Origin: an uncultured Lentisphaeraceae bacterium
GTDB lineage: Bacteria > Verrucomicrobiota > Kiritimatiellia > RFP12 > UBA1067
DNA: 43,711 nucleotides
Reading direction: 5' to 3'
Assembly: GCA_964480555.1 (NCBI GenBank)
Contig: CAYZQL010000002.1
Span: forward strand, 1 to 43,711
A model generated the notes under the pieces. That model made no database searches and was not told the origin of the DNA. It saw nothing but the letters and a program-made list of their open reading frames with translations. A program made the position numbers and the translations under genes. Below, in pieces: positions 34,901 to 41,542 of the stretch. Numbering within the stretch: position 1 is the first letter of the stretch; each line of letters begins with the position of its first letter.

Positions 34901-36464
34901 TATTCGCGCCGCCGGGCGCGTTGGCGATCACGCCGTTGACCGTGTTGACGCCCTTCGAGGTCCCGGCCAGCGTAAGGGTCGCCGGACCGATCCCGGCCGC
35001 GTCCATGGCCGACCAGTTGCCGTTGAACGTCAGGCCCGCGCCGGCCGGGCTCGCGTTCACGATCGCCATGTCGCGCAGGAAAAGAAAAGGCCGGTCTGTC
35101 GCGGACGGTTCCGTGCCGACATACCGGAGCGTGGCCGGGATCCCGCTGCCGAGGTTGCCGAGCCGCACCGCGGCGCTCCCGCCGCTCGCCGCGCCCAGCG
35201 AACTGGCCTCGCCCGCATCGCCGAGGCGGGTGATCTCCGTTGTCCCGCACTTGAGCAGCGTCTGACCCGTGAAGGTGTTGGTCGGGCAGGAGAGCTTCAG
35301 GGTTCCGCCATAACCGGCGCCCAACCCCGCCGTCAGCCCGCCCGCGCCTGAAAGCCGGCCCGCGAGATTCAGCCGTCCTCCGGTCTTCACGGAAAAAAAG
35401 TGGCCCCCCTCCGGCAAAGCCGTGTCCAGTTCCCAATCCACCGTGCCCGCGGTGAAACTCATGAAATCGCTTTTCAGGGAAACGGGGTTGCCGGAATACC
35501 TCCAGGTCGAATCCCAAACCGTCACATGCGCGAGCGTCAGCCCGGTCAAGTCATTGGTCGACGTGCGCTTCACGCCGTTGTTGAAGACCAGCGCAGGCTC
35601 CGCCGGCATCGCCTGGGCCCAGTTGTTCGTGTTGCCCCAGAGGCTATCCGCGCCCGCGCCGCTCCAGACCGGACCGTAAAATCCCTCGTCCGTCACGCCA
35701 TACCGTCCGGCCAGATACGTCTCGACCTCTTCGCGCTCCAGCGCGGTCAGGGCGCGGTCATAGGCGATCACCTCCGAAATCAGCGCGTCGCTGGGGTCGG
35801 CCGAGGTGTTGCCCGCGCCGCCGATGGTCAGGCGCCCCGGCGCCAAGGTGCGCTCGGGAGATCCGGTGAGGTCGAAGCCGTTCACAAAGAAACGCTGTTC
35901 CGTCATCGTGTTCACGGCGGAGAGCGTGTAGGTGCGGTTGAAGGTGAACACGGACTTGAAGCGCGTGACGGTTCCGCTCAGCTCGCCGTTCGAATGCGCA
36001 AAGAAGGAGCCGCCGTCCGTATACGTCCCCAGCATCCAGTTCGCGTCGCGCGCCGGCAGAATGCGTCGCCACGTGAAGCCGCGCTCACTGGCGTCCACCA
36101 CCCGCGCCACGACAAAGACCGAATAGGAGTTCGTCAGGTAGTTGGTGGTGAGCAGGCCGGCCGCGTAGGCGTCGCTGCCGTTGCGGCGGTCGAAAAAGAG
36201 CGTCGGCTGGCCGCCGGGACCCTCCGCCTGATAAAGCGGCTGGCGGTTGGCATCGGTCTGGTAGGCGTGGTTGCCGTTGCCCGACAGGTCGCTCCACTGC
36301 GACACGCGGCCCGCCACAGTGTTCGTCACGATGGCCGCCTGAGACGCCTGCAGCCACATCACGCAGCCGGTCAGGTTCGTGGGCTCGAACGCGCCGGCGT
36401 CCTCCGCCCGGAAAAAACCGCACAGACAAACAGACAGAAAAGCGCCGACAACCCTTCGTTTCAT
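31962..36464 (-). CDS. Giant secreted LamG / PATR / DUF2341 surface protein 2 (about 1,500 aa, tandem paralog) with a C-terminal GTLMLMQ tail
   Basis: I prefer the ATG at 36464 (GGAAGG lies 9 nt upstream), giving the signal peptide MKRRVVGAFLSVCLCGFFRAEDAGA. The domain order matches 27336-31820: FEPTNLTGCVMWLQAS...; GGLTAGLGAGYGGTLKLSCPTNTFTGQTLLKCGTTEI; LTNFPALIKLWDGCGNGRFRYADCLADGADLLFTDEAGAWLDHEIETWNTNGESHVWVRVPLL. The same linkers recur: EVIAYDRALTALEREEVETYLAGRYG, EVIVYSRALGFEERRQVERYLALKYD, AEVMVYDRLISDNERRRVEAYLSARYAIP. Confidence 0.85.
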   Translation of the reverse strand: MKRRVVGAFLSVCLCGFFRAEDAGAFEPTNLTGCVMWLQASQAAIVTNTVAGRVSQWSDLSGNGNHAYQTDANRQPLYQAEGPGGQPTLFFDRRNGSDAYAAGLLTTNYLTNSYSVFVVARVVDASERGFTWRRILPARDANWMLGTYTDGGSFFAHSNGELSGTVTRFKSVFTFNRTYTLSAVNTMTEQRFFVNGFDLTGSPERTLAPGRLTIGGAGNTSADPSDALISEVIAYDRALTALEREEVETYLAGRYGVTDEGFYGPVWSGAGADSLWGNTNNWAQAMPAEPALVFNNGVKRTSTNDLTGLTLAHVTVWDSTWRYSGNPVSLKSDFMSFTAGTVDWELDTALPEGGHFFSVKTGGRLNLAGRLSGAGGLTAGLGAGYGGTLKLSCPTNTFTGQTLLKCGTTEITRLGDAGEASSLGAASGGSAAVRLGNLGSGIPATLRYVGTEPSATDRPFLFLRDMAIVNASPAGAGLTFNGNWSAMDAAGIGPATLTLAGTSKGVNTVNGVIANAPGGANSLIVKITGGVWAFSSANTFTGGLTVEGGSVLVGGTTSGYLGAGTVTIKAGGVLGGTGRLAGYASLSLMPGAVLVPGNPDVEDGIGTLTFSAAPVLNGMELRCQTTAQTNDLILIETAWSPPGFMTVRVEADSEEACPDRLTIVKAVSLTGSVDLSGWDIEAPCAYRAVVEGNAVVLVKEPPPHLAAWQRSMPVRFSGYDGHAELTNFPALIKLWDGCGNGRFRYADCLADGADLLFTDEAGAWLDHEIETWNTNGESHVWVRVPLLVHNTEITAHWKNPARATDANPFLPTDLTGCAMWLHAGAGVTADGAGLVSRWADQSGNGHEAVRSDSRYQPCLTNNVVNGLPGLRFEGGAYKDGLTTTWGTSNGTYSVFVTASYQESTTYSWYRIMTGPANYNWGVELNGSGGDFYPFIPTGAGGSGFYAIANTGIRPVGGVPFVAAILGDGTNTQFTLNGFGFTPLAKHHGPGTLILGHGGVSSNPWLGHIFEVIVYSRALGFEERRQVERYLALKYDMRSAHRVPSAGLVQWLRSEDAVADVADGAVNRVKRWDNQTQYGNSVHALQSTTNRMPEKIAGALNGKPVLRFDAVAGEYDSMKATLVALDTTYSVVAVFAPRASDGTERVVLQGAGATSRLSVTNGLILRQASGVVSQFAPAQTNQAAIAVMTCDAQTSRFYLNGVNLTQSGAPVGLWKVGAGSSVFYLGAGTGDSALNLPLDGDLAEVMVYDRLISDNERRRVEAYLSARYAIPMARVNPAVWSSEFGGVWHLTGTDRLLLADASAAQNGAALLGQAAPAAAAALAGEGLAWSEVAQRVRTRAQPAAGPQTFSFWAKQQAPVADQAVVLAGTGAVAYATLNNAAGKLKVAAADAASLVAPSTGAWTHYAVAVNPSGSVQAYGNGQPLTTVPDALAAGLPTNQALTFGHAGSDADATKTFAGVLDEVRLETVPRGADWIRAAYMTQAENESFTSYNRWGTLMLMQ
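31967..32618. repeat. 652-nt near-perfect direct repeat, copy 2 (3' end of the LamG-2 gene)
   Basis: See 27341-27992. There is one mismatch (32600). Identity ends at the last sense codon on one side and at ...gccgccgaa on the other. Confidence 0.95.
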
Positions 36465-36500
36465 AAACCACATCCTTCCATGCCTGCGAGTTCTTTGAAT

Positions 36501-36517
36501 AAACATCTACTATGTTT
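36501..36517. promoter_or_regulatory. AT-rich palindrome AAACAT-N5-ATGTTT upstream of LamG-2 (candidate operator or promoter element)
   Basis: This is a perfect 6-bp inverted repeat in an otherwise GC-rich divergent intergenic region, 37-53 nt upstream of the ATG at 36464. There is no further support. Confidence 0.2.
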
Positions 36518-36763
36518 AAAGTCTATCGGTCTTCGCCCCCGACCGTCAAGTGCAATGCGGCACCGGTGCGGAATCGGTTGGTGGCCGGGGCTCGCGATCA
36601 TGCCGCGTTGCGCGCGCGAAGCTGCAGCGCGTGCGGCGAAGTAGGGCGGGACGTCCCCGGACCGCCCCTTGAAACGCATTTTTTCTTTCTCCCGGCAATA
36701 AAACCGCGCCGGAGTCGTTAGCTTTTTAGAATACTGTTTTTTTATCCCTTATCAAGGAGTGAG

Positions 36764-37327
36764 ATGAAGCCTCTGACCCGCCTGTTGACTGTGACCGTCT
36801 TGTGTGTTGCCGGCGCGACGTCCGGCCAGCAGAACGGGGACGCCGCCCCGCGTCACCCGCGCACCATCAACCGCGGCAACTGGGTCGGCAAGCGGGTGCT
36901 GACCAAGGAGTTCATGGAGAAGGTCGGCATCCAGGGCGAACAGGCCGAAAAGATCAAGACCGAACTCTCCGCGCTCGAAGCCAAATCCCTAAAGCTTGAG
37001 GAGAGCATCAACCAAGAGGCCTTGAAGCAGGCCGAGCTCGCCAAAAAGGTCCTCGACGAGCCCGGCGCGAGCGTCGACGAGATCATGCGCATCATCGAGC
37101 GCATCGGCCAGCACCGCACGGAGCAGGCCAAGCTGGCCATGCGGCTGATGCTGGTCATCCGCGACAACCTGACCGCCGACCAGCGCAAAAAAGCCTCGGA
37201 GCTGCTGGCCTCCGAGGGCAAGCGGCGCATCGAAGAGCGCGCGGCCGAGCGCGCGGCCCGCGAGGCGCGCGAGAAAAACGAGCGCCCCGCCGACAAGAAA
37301 CGCCCCGCTGCCCCGCAGGGCTGGTAA
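36764..37327 (+). CDS. Periplasmic Spy/CpxP-family-like (LTXXQ motif) coiled-coil protein
   Basis: AAGGAG lies upstream of the ATG. The signal peptide is MKPLTRLLTVTVLCVAGATSG. The body is helical and rich in K, E, A and Q. An LTXXQ motif occurs in IRDNLTADQRKKASELL, and the C-terminus is a basic tail. Confidence 0.55.
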   Translation: MKPLTRLLTVTVLCVAGATSGQQNGDAAPRHPRTINRGNWVGKRVLTKEFMEKVGIQGEQAEKIKTELSALEAKSLKLEESINQEALKQAELAKKVLDEPGASVDEIMRIIERIGQHRTEQAKLAMRLMLVIRDNLTADQRKKASELLASEGKRRIEERAAERAAREAREKNERPADKKRPAAPQGW

Positions 37328-37365
37328 GACGAGCGCACTTTTTTTCGTCCCGCCACGCTTAACGG

Positions 37366-37395
37366 TTGTCTAACACCGCAGACCCGCCGTATAAT
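37366..37395 (+). promoter_or_regulatory. Candidate sigma70-type promoter for the SNF2/SWIM pair (would give a near-leaderless mRNA)
   Basis: TTGTCT (37366-37371), an 18-nt spacer, then a perfect TATAAT (37390-37395) only 12 nt before the ATG at 37408. This is a sequence match only. Confidence 0.3.
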
Positions 37396-37407
37396 AAGCG
37401 GTTGGCG

Positions 37408-40400
37408 ATGATTATTCTGCACACATGCTGGCGTGAAGGGTTCCTTTACGTTTGGGGCGAACAGGAGGCCTTTGAGGCTCTGTCGGCAGATGCGGAGTCC
37501 TTCGCCGGCCGCTCGCCTTTCGACGCCGGCCCGGAACGGCTCTGCTTGCTTCTGAAGCGGTTGCTCTGGGAAGAGGCGGACGAGCTGGACCGGGCGCCGC
37601 TCGCCTTGGACCTCCCCTCCCGCCGCAGCGCCGCCGGCGTGCGGCCCCTGCCCTCGCACCCTTTTCTCTGCGACGGCGAGGAGGATAGCGGCGACGGCGT
37701 CCCCTTCCTGCACCCGTGGCACGTCACCGCCGTCAAGCTCCCGTGGAAAGCGGCCCTCGCGCTCTTGGGGCTCACGCAGGAGCGGCGCCTCGCCGAAGAT
37801 GTTTTTGCCGCGGAGGACCTGCTCAGCTTCGCCGTGCTCTACCGGTACACCGGCGCGCTGGTGGCGCGGGGCCGTTTCCTGCCGGCCCTGCGCCAGGCGA
37901 CGCCGGCCGCTTACGAGGCCTGCTGGCGGCCGACGCTCGAAGGCGCGGAGCGGCAGCGCCTGTGCGCGCTCGCGGCGCGCATCCCGCCCGCCGCCACGTG
38001 CGGCCAGAAGCCGCTGCGCGTCGCGGAGGCCCTGCTGGAGGAGCTGACCGACCGCCTCGTGCGCTTCAGCGTGTGCACCACCCTTTCGCGCGCCCAGGCC
38101 GAGCACGGCAAGTATTACAGCGTTCACGACGCCTGGTTCTCCGCCCTGCGCGGGGAGTCGCGGGCCGTGCGCTGGGGCGAGGGCGAGGAGCTTGAGGCGC
38201 TGCGGACGAGCCTGCGCCAGTGGCGGCGGCCGGTGGAAGGCGGCGGCACGGACGGCGCGTCCCTGCTCTTTCAGCTCGATGCGCCGGCCGCTCCCGAAAC
38301 GGCCTGGTTTCTCCAGGTGCGGCTGGCCGACGCGGCCGGCTCCTACGCCTTTCCCGCGGATATCGGGGCCCTGGCCGATAGCGGGCCGCACCTCAGCGAG
38401 CGCCTGCTCGTGTCGCTCGGCCAGGCGGCGCTGCTTTTTCCGCCGCTCGAGCACGCCGAGCCGCACGCCGCAGGGTTCGGCTGCGCGCTGGCCCCGCAGG
38501 AGGCGCACGCGTTCCTGACCGTCGCCGCCGCGATGCTGGAGGCCTCCGGGTACCGCGTCCTTCTGCCGCCGCAGTGGCTTCAGGGCTCGGCCTCCATGAT
38601 CGCCTTGGAGGCGGACGCCCAGCCCCAGCCTGCGCCGGGGGACGCGGCGCACACGCTGGACGAGAAGGTGGAGGTCACCTGGTCGGTGACGCTCAACGGC
38701 GAACGGCTCTCCGGCGAGGAGCTGGAAGAGTTGCTGCAGGCGCCGACGCCGCTGGTCTTTTTCCGCGGGCAGTGGCTGCGGGTCGATGTGAAGCGCATCC
38801 GCGACGCGCTGCGGGTCTGGCAGCGGAGCACCGCCGAGACGCAGACGGCGCGGGAGGTGGTCCGGCTGGCGATCGGGACCGCGGAGGGCCAGCACGGCCT
38901 GGAGGTGGCGCAGGTGCGGGGCGGCGGCTGGCTGGCGCCCTTCCTCAAGCGGCTCTCCGGCGAGCAGCCCTTCGAAACGCTGCCTGCGCCCGAAGCCTTC
39001 CGCGGCGAGCTGCGCCCTTACCAGCTGCGCGGGTTCAGCTGGCTGGTGTTCCTGCGGACGTGGGGCTTCGGCGCCTGCCTGGCCGACGACATGGGCCTCG
39101 GCAAAACCATTCAGGCGCTGGCCTTCTTCCTGCACGAGAAGGCGCGGGGCGAGCGCCGCCCGCTGCTGCTGGCCGGGCCGATGTCCGTGCTCGGCAACTG
39201 GCTGCGCGAGGCGCAGCGCTTCGCGCCGAGCCTGCGCTTCCTGCTGCACCACGGGGCCGAGCGGCGCCACGGGGAGGCCTTCACGCGCGAGGCGCGGCAG
39301 GCCGACGTGGTGGTCACCAGCTACCACCTGCTGTACCGCGATTACGCCGACCTGCGCAAGGTCGGCTGGGCCGGCCTCGTGCTCGACGAGGCGCAGAACA
39401 TCAAAAACCCGGACACGCGCCAGGCCCAGGCCGCCCGCGCGCTGCAGGCAGACTACCGCATCGCGCTCACCGGCACGCCGATGGAGAACCACGTGGGCGA
39501 GCTGTGGTCCATCATGGACTTTCTCAACTCCGGCATGCTGGGCAAGCGCGCGGTGTTCCGCGAGACCTTTTTCCGCCCCATCCAGTCGGGCACGGACCCC
39601 GGCGCGCGCACGCGTTTGCGGCGCGTCACCGCCCCCTTCATCCTGCGCCGACTGAAAACCGACCGGCTGGTCATCGCCGACCTCCCCGAAAAGGTGGAGG
39701 GCAAGGTGTATTGCCCGCTGACCCTCGAGCAGGCGCGCCTGTACGAGGAGGAGCTCGAGGCCTTCCGGCGCGACGTCGAGACGAGCGAGGGAATCTCCCG
39801 GCGCGGCCGGATCCTGGCGGTCCTGACGCGGCTGAAGCAGGTGTGCAACCACCCGGCGCACTACCTCGGCCAGACGCAGGCGCTGGCCAAGCGATCCGGC
39901 AAGCTCGCGCGCCTCGAAGAGATGCTCGAAGAGGTCTTCGCGCGGGGCGAGAGCGCGCTGGTGTTCACGCAGTACGCGGAGATGGGCAAGCTGCTCAAGC
40001 GGCACCTCTGCCAGACCTTCGCCTGCGACATGCCGTTCCTGCACGGAGGCGTCCCGCGCCACGAGCGCGACCGCCTGGTGCAGACGTTTCAGGAGGGGGC
40101 GCAGCCGCAGGCGTTCATCCTTTCGCTCAAGGCCGGCGGCACCGGCCTGAACCTGACCCGGGCCAGCCACGTGTTCCACTACGACCGCTGGTGGAATCCG
40201 GCGGTGGAAGACCAGGCCACGGACCGCGCGTTCCGCATCGGCCAGACCCGCAACGTGATGGTCCATAAGTTCATCTGCGGCGGCACGCTGGAGGACCGCA
40301 TCGACGCGCTGATCGAGAGCAAGACCGCCCTGGCCTCAGAAATCGTCACGAGCGGCGAGGCCTCCCTCACGGAGCTCTCGAACGCCGAGCTGCACGACAT

Positions 40401-40461
40401 CCTGCGGCTCAACGAGACCGTCGTGACCGACGAGGAAGACGCGAGGAGCGCCGAACGATGA
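37408..40461 (+). CDS. SNF2-family DNA-dependent ATPase/helicase with an N-terminal SNF2-helicase-associated region
   Basis: I prefer the ATG at 37408 (MIILHTCWREGFLYVWGE) over the listed TTG at 37366. The helicase motifs are LADDMGLGKTIQALAF (I), LVLDEAQNIKN (II), LTGTPMENHVGELWSIMDF (III), and SLKAGGTGLNLTRASHVFHYDRWWNPAVEDQATDRAFRIGQTRNVMVHKF (V/VI). Confidence 0.9.
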   Translation: MIILHTCWREGFLYVWGEQEAFEALSADAESFAGRSPFDAGPERLCLLLKRLLWEEADELDRAPLALDLPSRRSAAGVRPLPSHPFLCDGEEDSGDGVPFLHPWHVTAVKLPWKAALALLGLTQERRLAEDVFAAEDLLSFAVLYRYTGALVARGRFLPALRQATPAAYEACWRPTLEGAERQRLCALAARIPPAATCGQKPLRVAEALLEELTDRLVRFSVCTTLSRAQAEHGKYYSVHDAWFSALRGESRAVRWGEGEELEALRTSLRQWRRPVEGGGTDGASLLFQLDAPAAPETAWFLQVRLADAAGSYAFPADIGALADSGPHLSERLLVSLGQAALLFPPLEHAEPHAAGFGCALAPQEAHAFLTVAAAMLEASGYRVLLPPQWLQGSASMIALEADAQPQPAPGDAAHTLDEKVEVTWSVTLNGERLSGEELEELLQAPTPLVFFRGQWLRVDVKRIRDALRVWQRSTAETQTAREVVRLAIGTAEGQHGLEVAQVRGGGWLAPFLKRLSGEQPFETLPAPEAFRGELRPYQLRGFSWLVFLRTWGFGACLADDMGLGKTIQALAFFLHEKARGERRPLLLAGPMSVLGNWLREAQRFAPSLRFLLHHGAERRHGEAFTREARQADVVVTSYHLLYRDYADLRKVGWAGLVLDEAQNIKNPDTRQAQAARALQADYRIALTGTPMENHVGELWSIMDFLNSGMLGKRAVFRETFFRPIQSGTDPGARTRLRRVTAPFILRRLKTDRLVIADLPEKVEGKVYCPLTLEQARLYEEELEAFRRDVETSEGISRRGRILAVLTRLKQVCNHPAHYLGQTQALAKRSGKLARLEEMLEEVFARGESALVFTQYAEMGKLLKRHLCQTFACDMPFLHGGVPRHERDRLVQTFQEGAQPQAFILSLKAGGTGLNLTRASHVFHYDRWWNPAVEDQATDRAFRIGQTRNVMVHKFICGGTLEDRIDALIESKTALASEIVTSGEASLTELSNAELHDILRLNETVVTDEEDARSAER

Positions 40462-41387
40462 GCAAGAAGAAACGCTACGCGCTGCGGACGCCCCTGAGCG
40501 TCAAAGGCGGCATCCGCGCACAGAACCCCCACAGCGGGCACCTGCGCGTGTGGTGGAGCCGGCGCTGGGTCGAGATCCTCGAGAATTTCCGGCTGGGCGC
40601 GCGCCTGGGCCGCGGGCGCAACTATGCGGTCTCCGGGCAGGTCTCTTCGCTGCACATCCGCGCCGGCGAAGTCACCGCGTCCGTGCAGGGCTCGGACAAG
40701 GCGCCCTACGAAAGCGCGATCGGCCTCCAAACCGTGGCGGGCGAGGCCAAAGACCGCATCATCCAGACCTTGCGGCGGCGGCCGATGCTGGTCGCCCGGC
40801 TTTTGGTCTCAGACCTGCCGGCCGAAGTCGAGACGCTCTTCCGCGCGGAAAAGTGCCCGCTCTTCCCCCGGCGCGACAACGACATCGTGAGCCGCTGCTC
40901 CTGCCCCGACTACGCCAACCCGTGCAAGCATCTGGCGGCGATCTACTGCCTGCTGGGCGAGGCGGTCACCAAGAACCCGCTCCTGCTGCTGGAGCTCCGC
41001 GGGATCAGCCGGGCCGACCTGCTGGGCCAGGCGTACGAAGAGGCCGGCGCGGCGGACGCGCCCGACCCGGCGGAGGCGTCCGACCCCGCCGACCGGTCCG
41101 ACTTTTACGGCGCACCACAGGAGGACTTCACCGATTTCGGCCCCGCGCAGAACTCCGTGACCCACGCGCCGCTGATCTGCCGGCTCGGGCCGCTCCCGTT
41201 CTGGCGCGGCCAGGAGCGTTTCGCCGATACGCTGGAGCACCTCTATACGCGCGCCGCAACGCGGGGCTGGACCGTCTGGACAGGCGAGCCGCTCGACCTG
41301 CGCCGCGAGGACGAGAAGGTCATCATCAAAGGGGCGACCCTGCACCTCAAGCAGCGTAAAATGCGCGTCGATGCCTCCTGGATGTGA
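40458..41387 (+). CDS. SWIM zinc-finger protein, translationally coupled to the SNF2 helicase
   Basis: Its ATG overlaps the SNF2 stop (ATGA at 40458-40461). The SWIM CxCxnCxH signature is CSCPDYANPCKHLAAIYCLL. Confidence 0.85.
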   Translation: MSKKKRYALRTPLSVKGGIRAQNPHSGHLRVWWSRRWVEILENFRLGARLGRGRNYAVSGQVSSLHIRAGEVTASVQGSDKAPYESAIGLQTVAGEAKDRIIQTLRRRPMLVARLLVSDLPAEVETLFRAEKCPLFPRRDNDIVSRCSCPDYANPCKHLAAIYCLLGEAVTKNPLLLLELRGISRADLLGQAYEEAGAADAPDPAEASDPADRSDFYGAPQEDFTDFGPAQNSVTHAPLICRLGPLPFWRGQERFADTLEHLYTRAATRGWTVWTGEPLDLRREDEKVIIKGATLHLKQRKMRVDASWM

Positions 41388-41412
41388 GCGCGGCAGCCGT
41401 GTAGCCGTTTCT

Positions 41413-41489
41413 GGCAGGGACGCCTCCCCGAAGCGTCCGCCCTTCGGCTTGCTCAAGGTAGACGGACGGTTCGGGGAACCGTCCCTGCC
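41413..41489 (-). repeat. Nested-palindrome (REP-like) intergenic element, copy 2
   Basis: The sequence is GGCAGGGACGCCTCCCCGAAGCGTCCGC-ccttcggcttgctcaaggtagac-GGACGGTTCGGGGAACCGTCCCTGCC. It sits between the convergent SWIM (stop 41387) and PEP/pyruvate-binding (stop 41543) genes. The arms match copy 1 apart from paired compensatory changes. Confidence 0.6.
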
Positions 41490-41542
41490 TGACATCGCTC
41501 AACGGCTATGCGCTAACTTGATCCGCTCTATCCCGCCACAGT

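Noticed and set aside
33210-35351. A 713-aa plus-strand ORF inside LamG-2, and the analogous ORFs at 28881-30110, 30765-31322 and 35400-36644
   Set aside because: They are antisense to a gene with a clear LamG/PATR/DUF2341 architecture. The duplicated shadow ORFs at 27507-28199 and 31836-32627 merely mirror the 652-nt repeat.
37328-37349. A possible intrinsic terminator after the Spy-like gene (GACGA-N12-TCGTC with a T7 run)
   Set aside because: The stem is only 5 bp and the loop is 12 nt. The T-run lies inside the loop and 3' arm rather than trailing the hairpin, so this is not a convincing Rho-independent terminator.
37366-37407. The TTG start at 37366 for the SNF2 gene, as listed in the ORF track
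   Set aside because: The ATG at 37408 begins with MIILHTCWREGFLYVWGE. That looks like the natural N-terminus of SNF2-helicase-associated regions. The 14 extra codons also overlap the candidate -35/-10 elements. The call remains uncertain.
36853-40266. A 1,137-aa ORF antisense to the SNF2 helicase gene
   Set aside because: The plus-strand frame carries a complete, ordered set of SNF2 helicase motifs. The antisense translation is R/A/L/G/P-rich with no recognisable domain.
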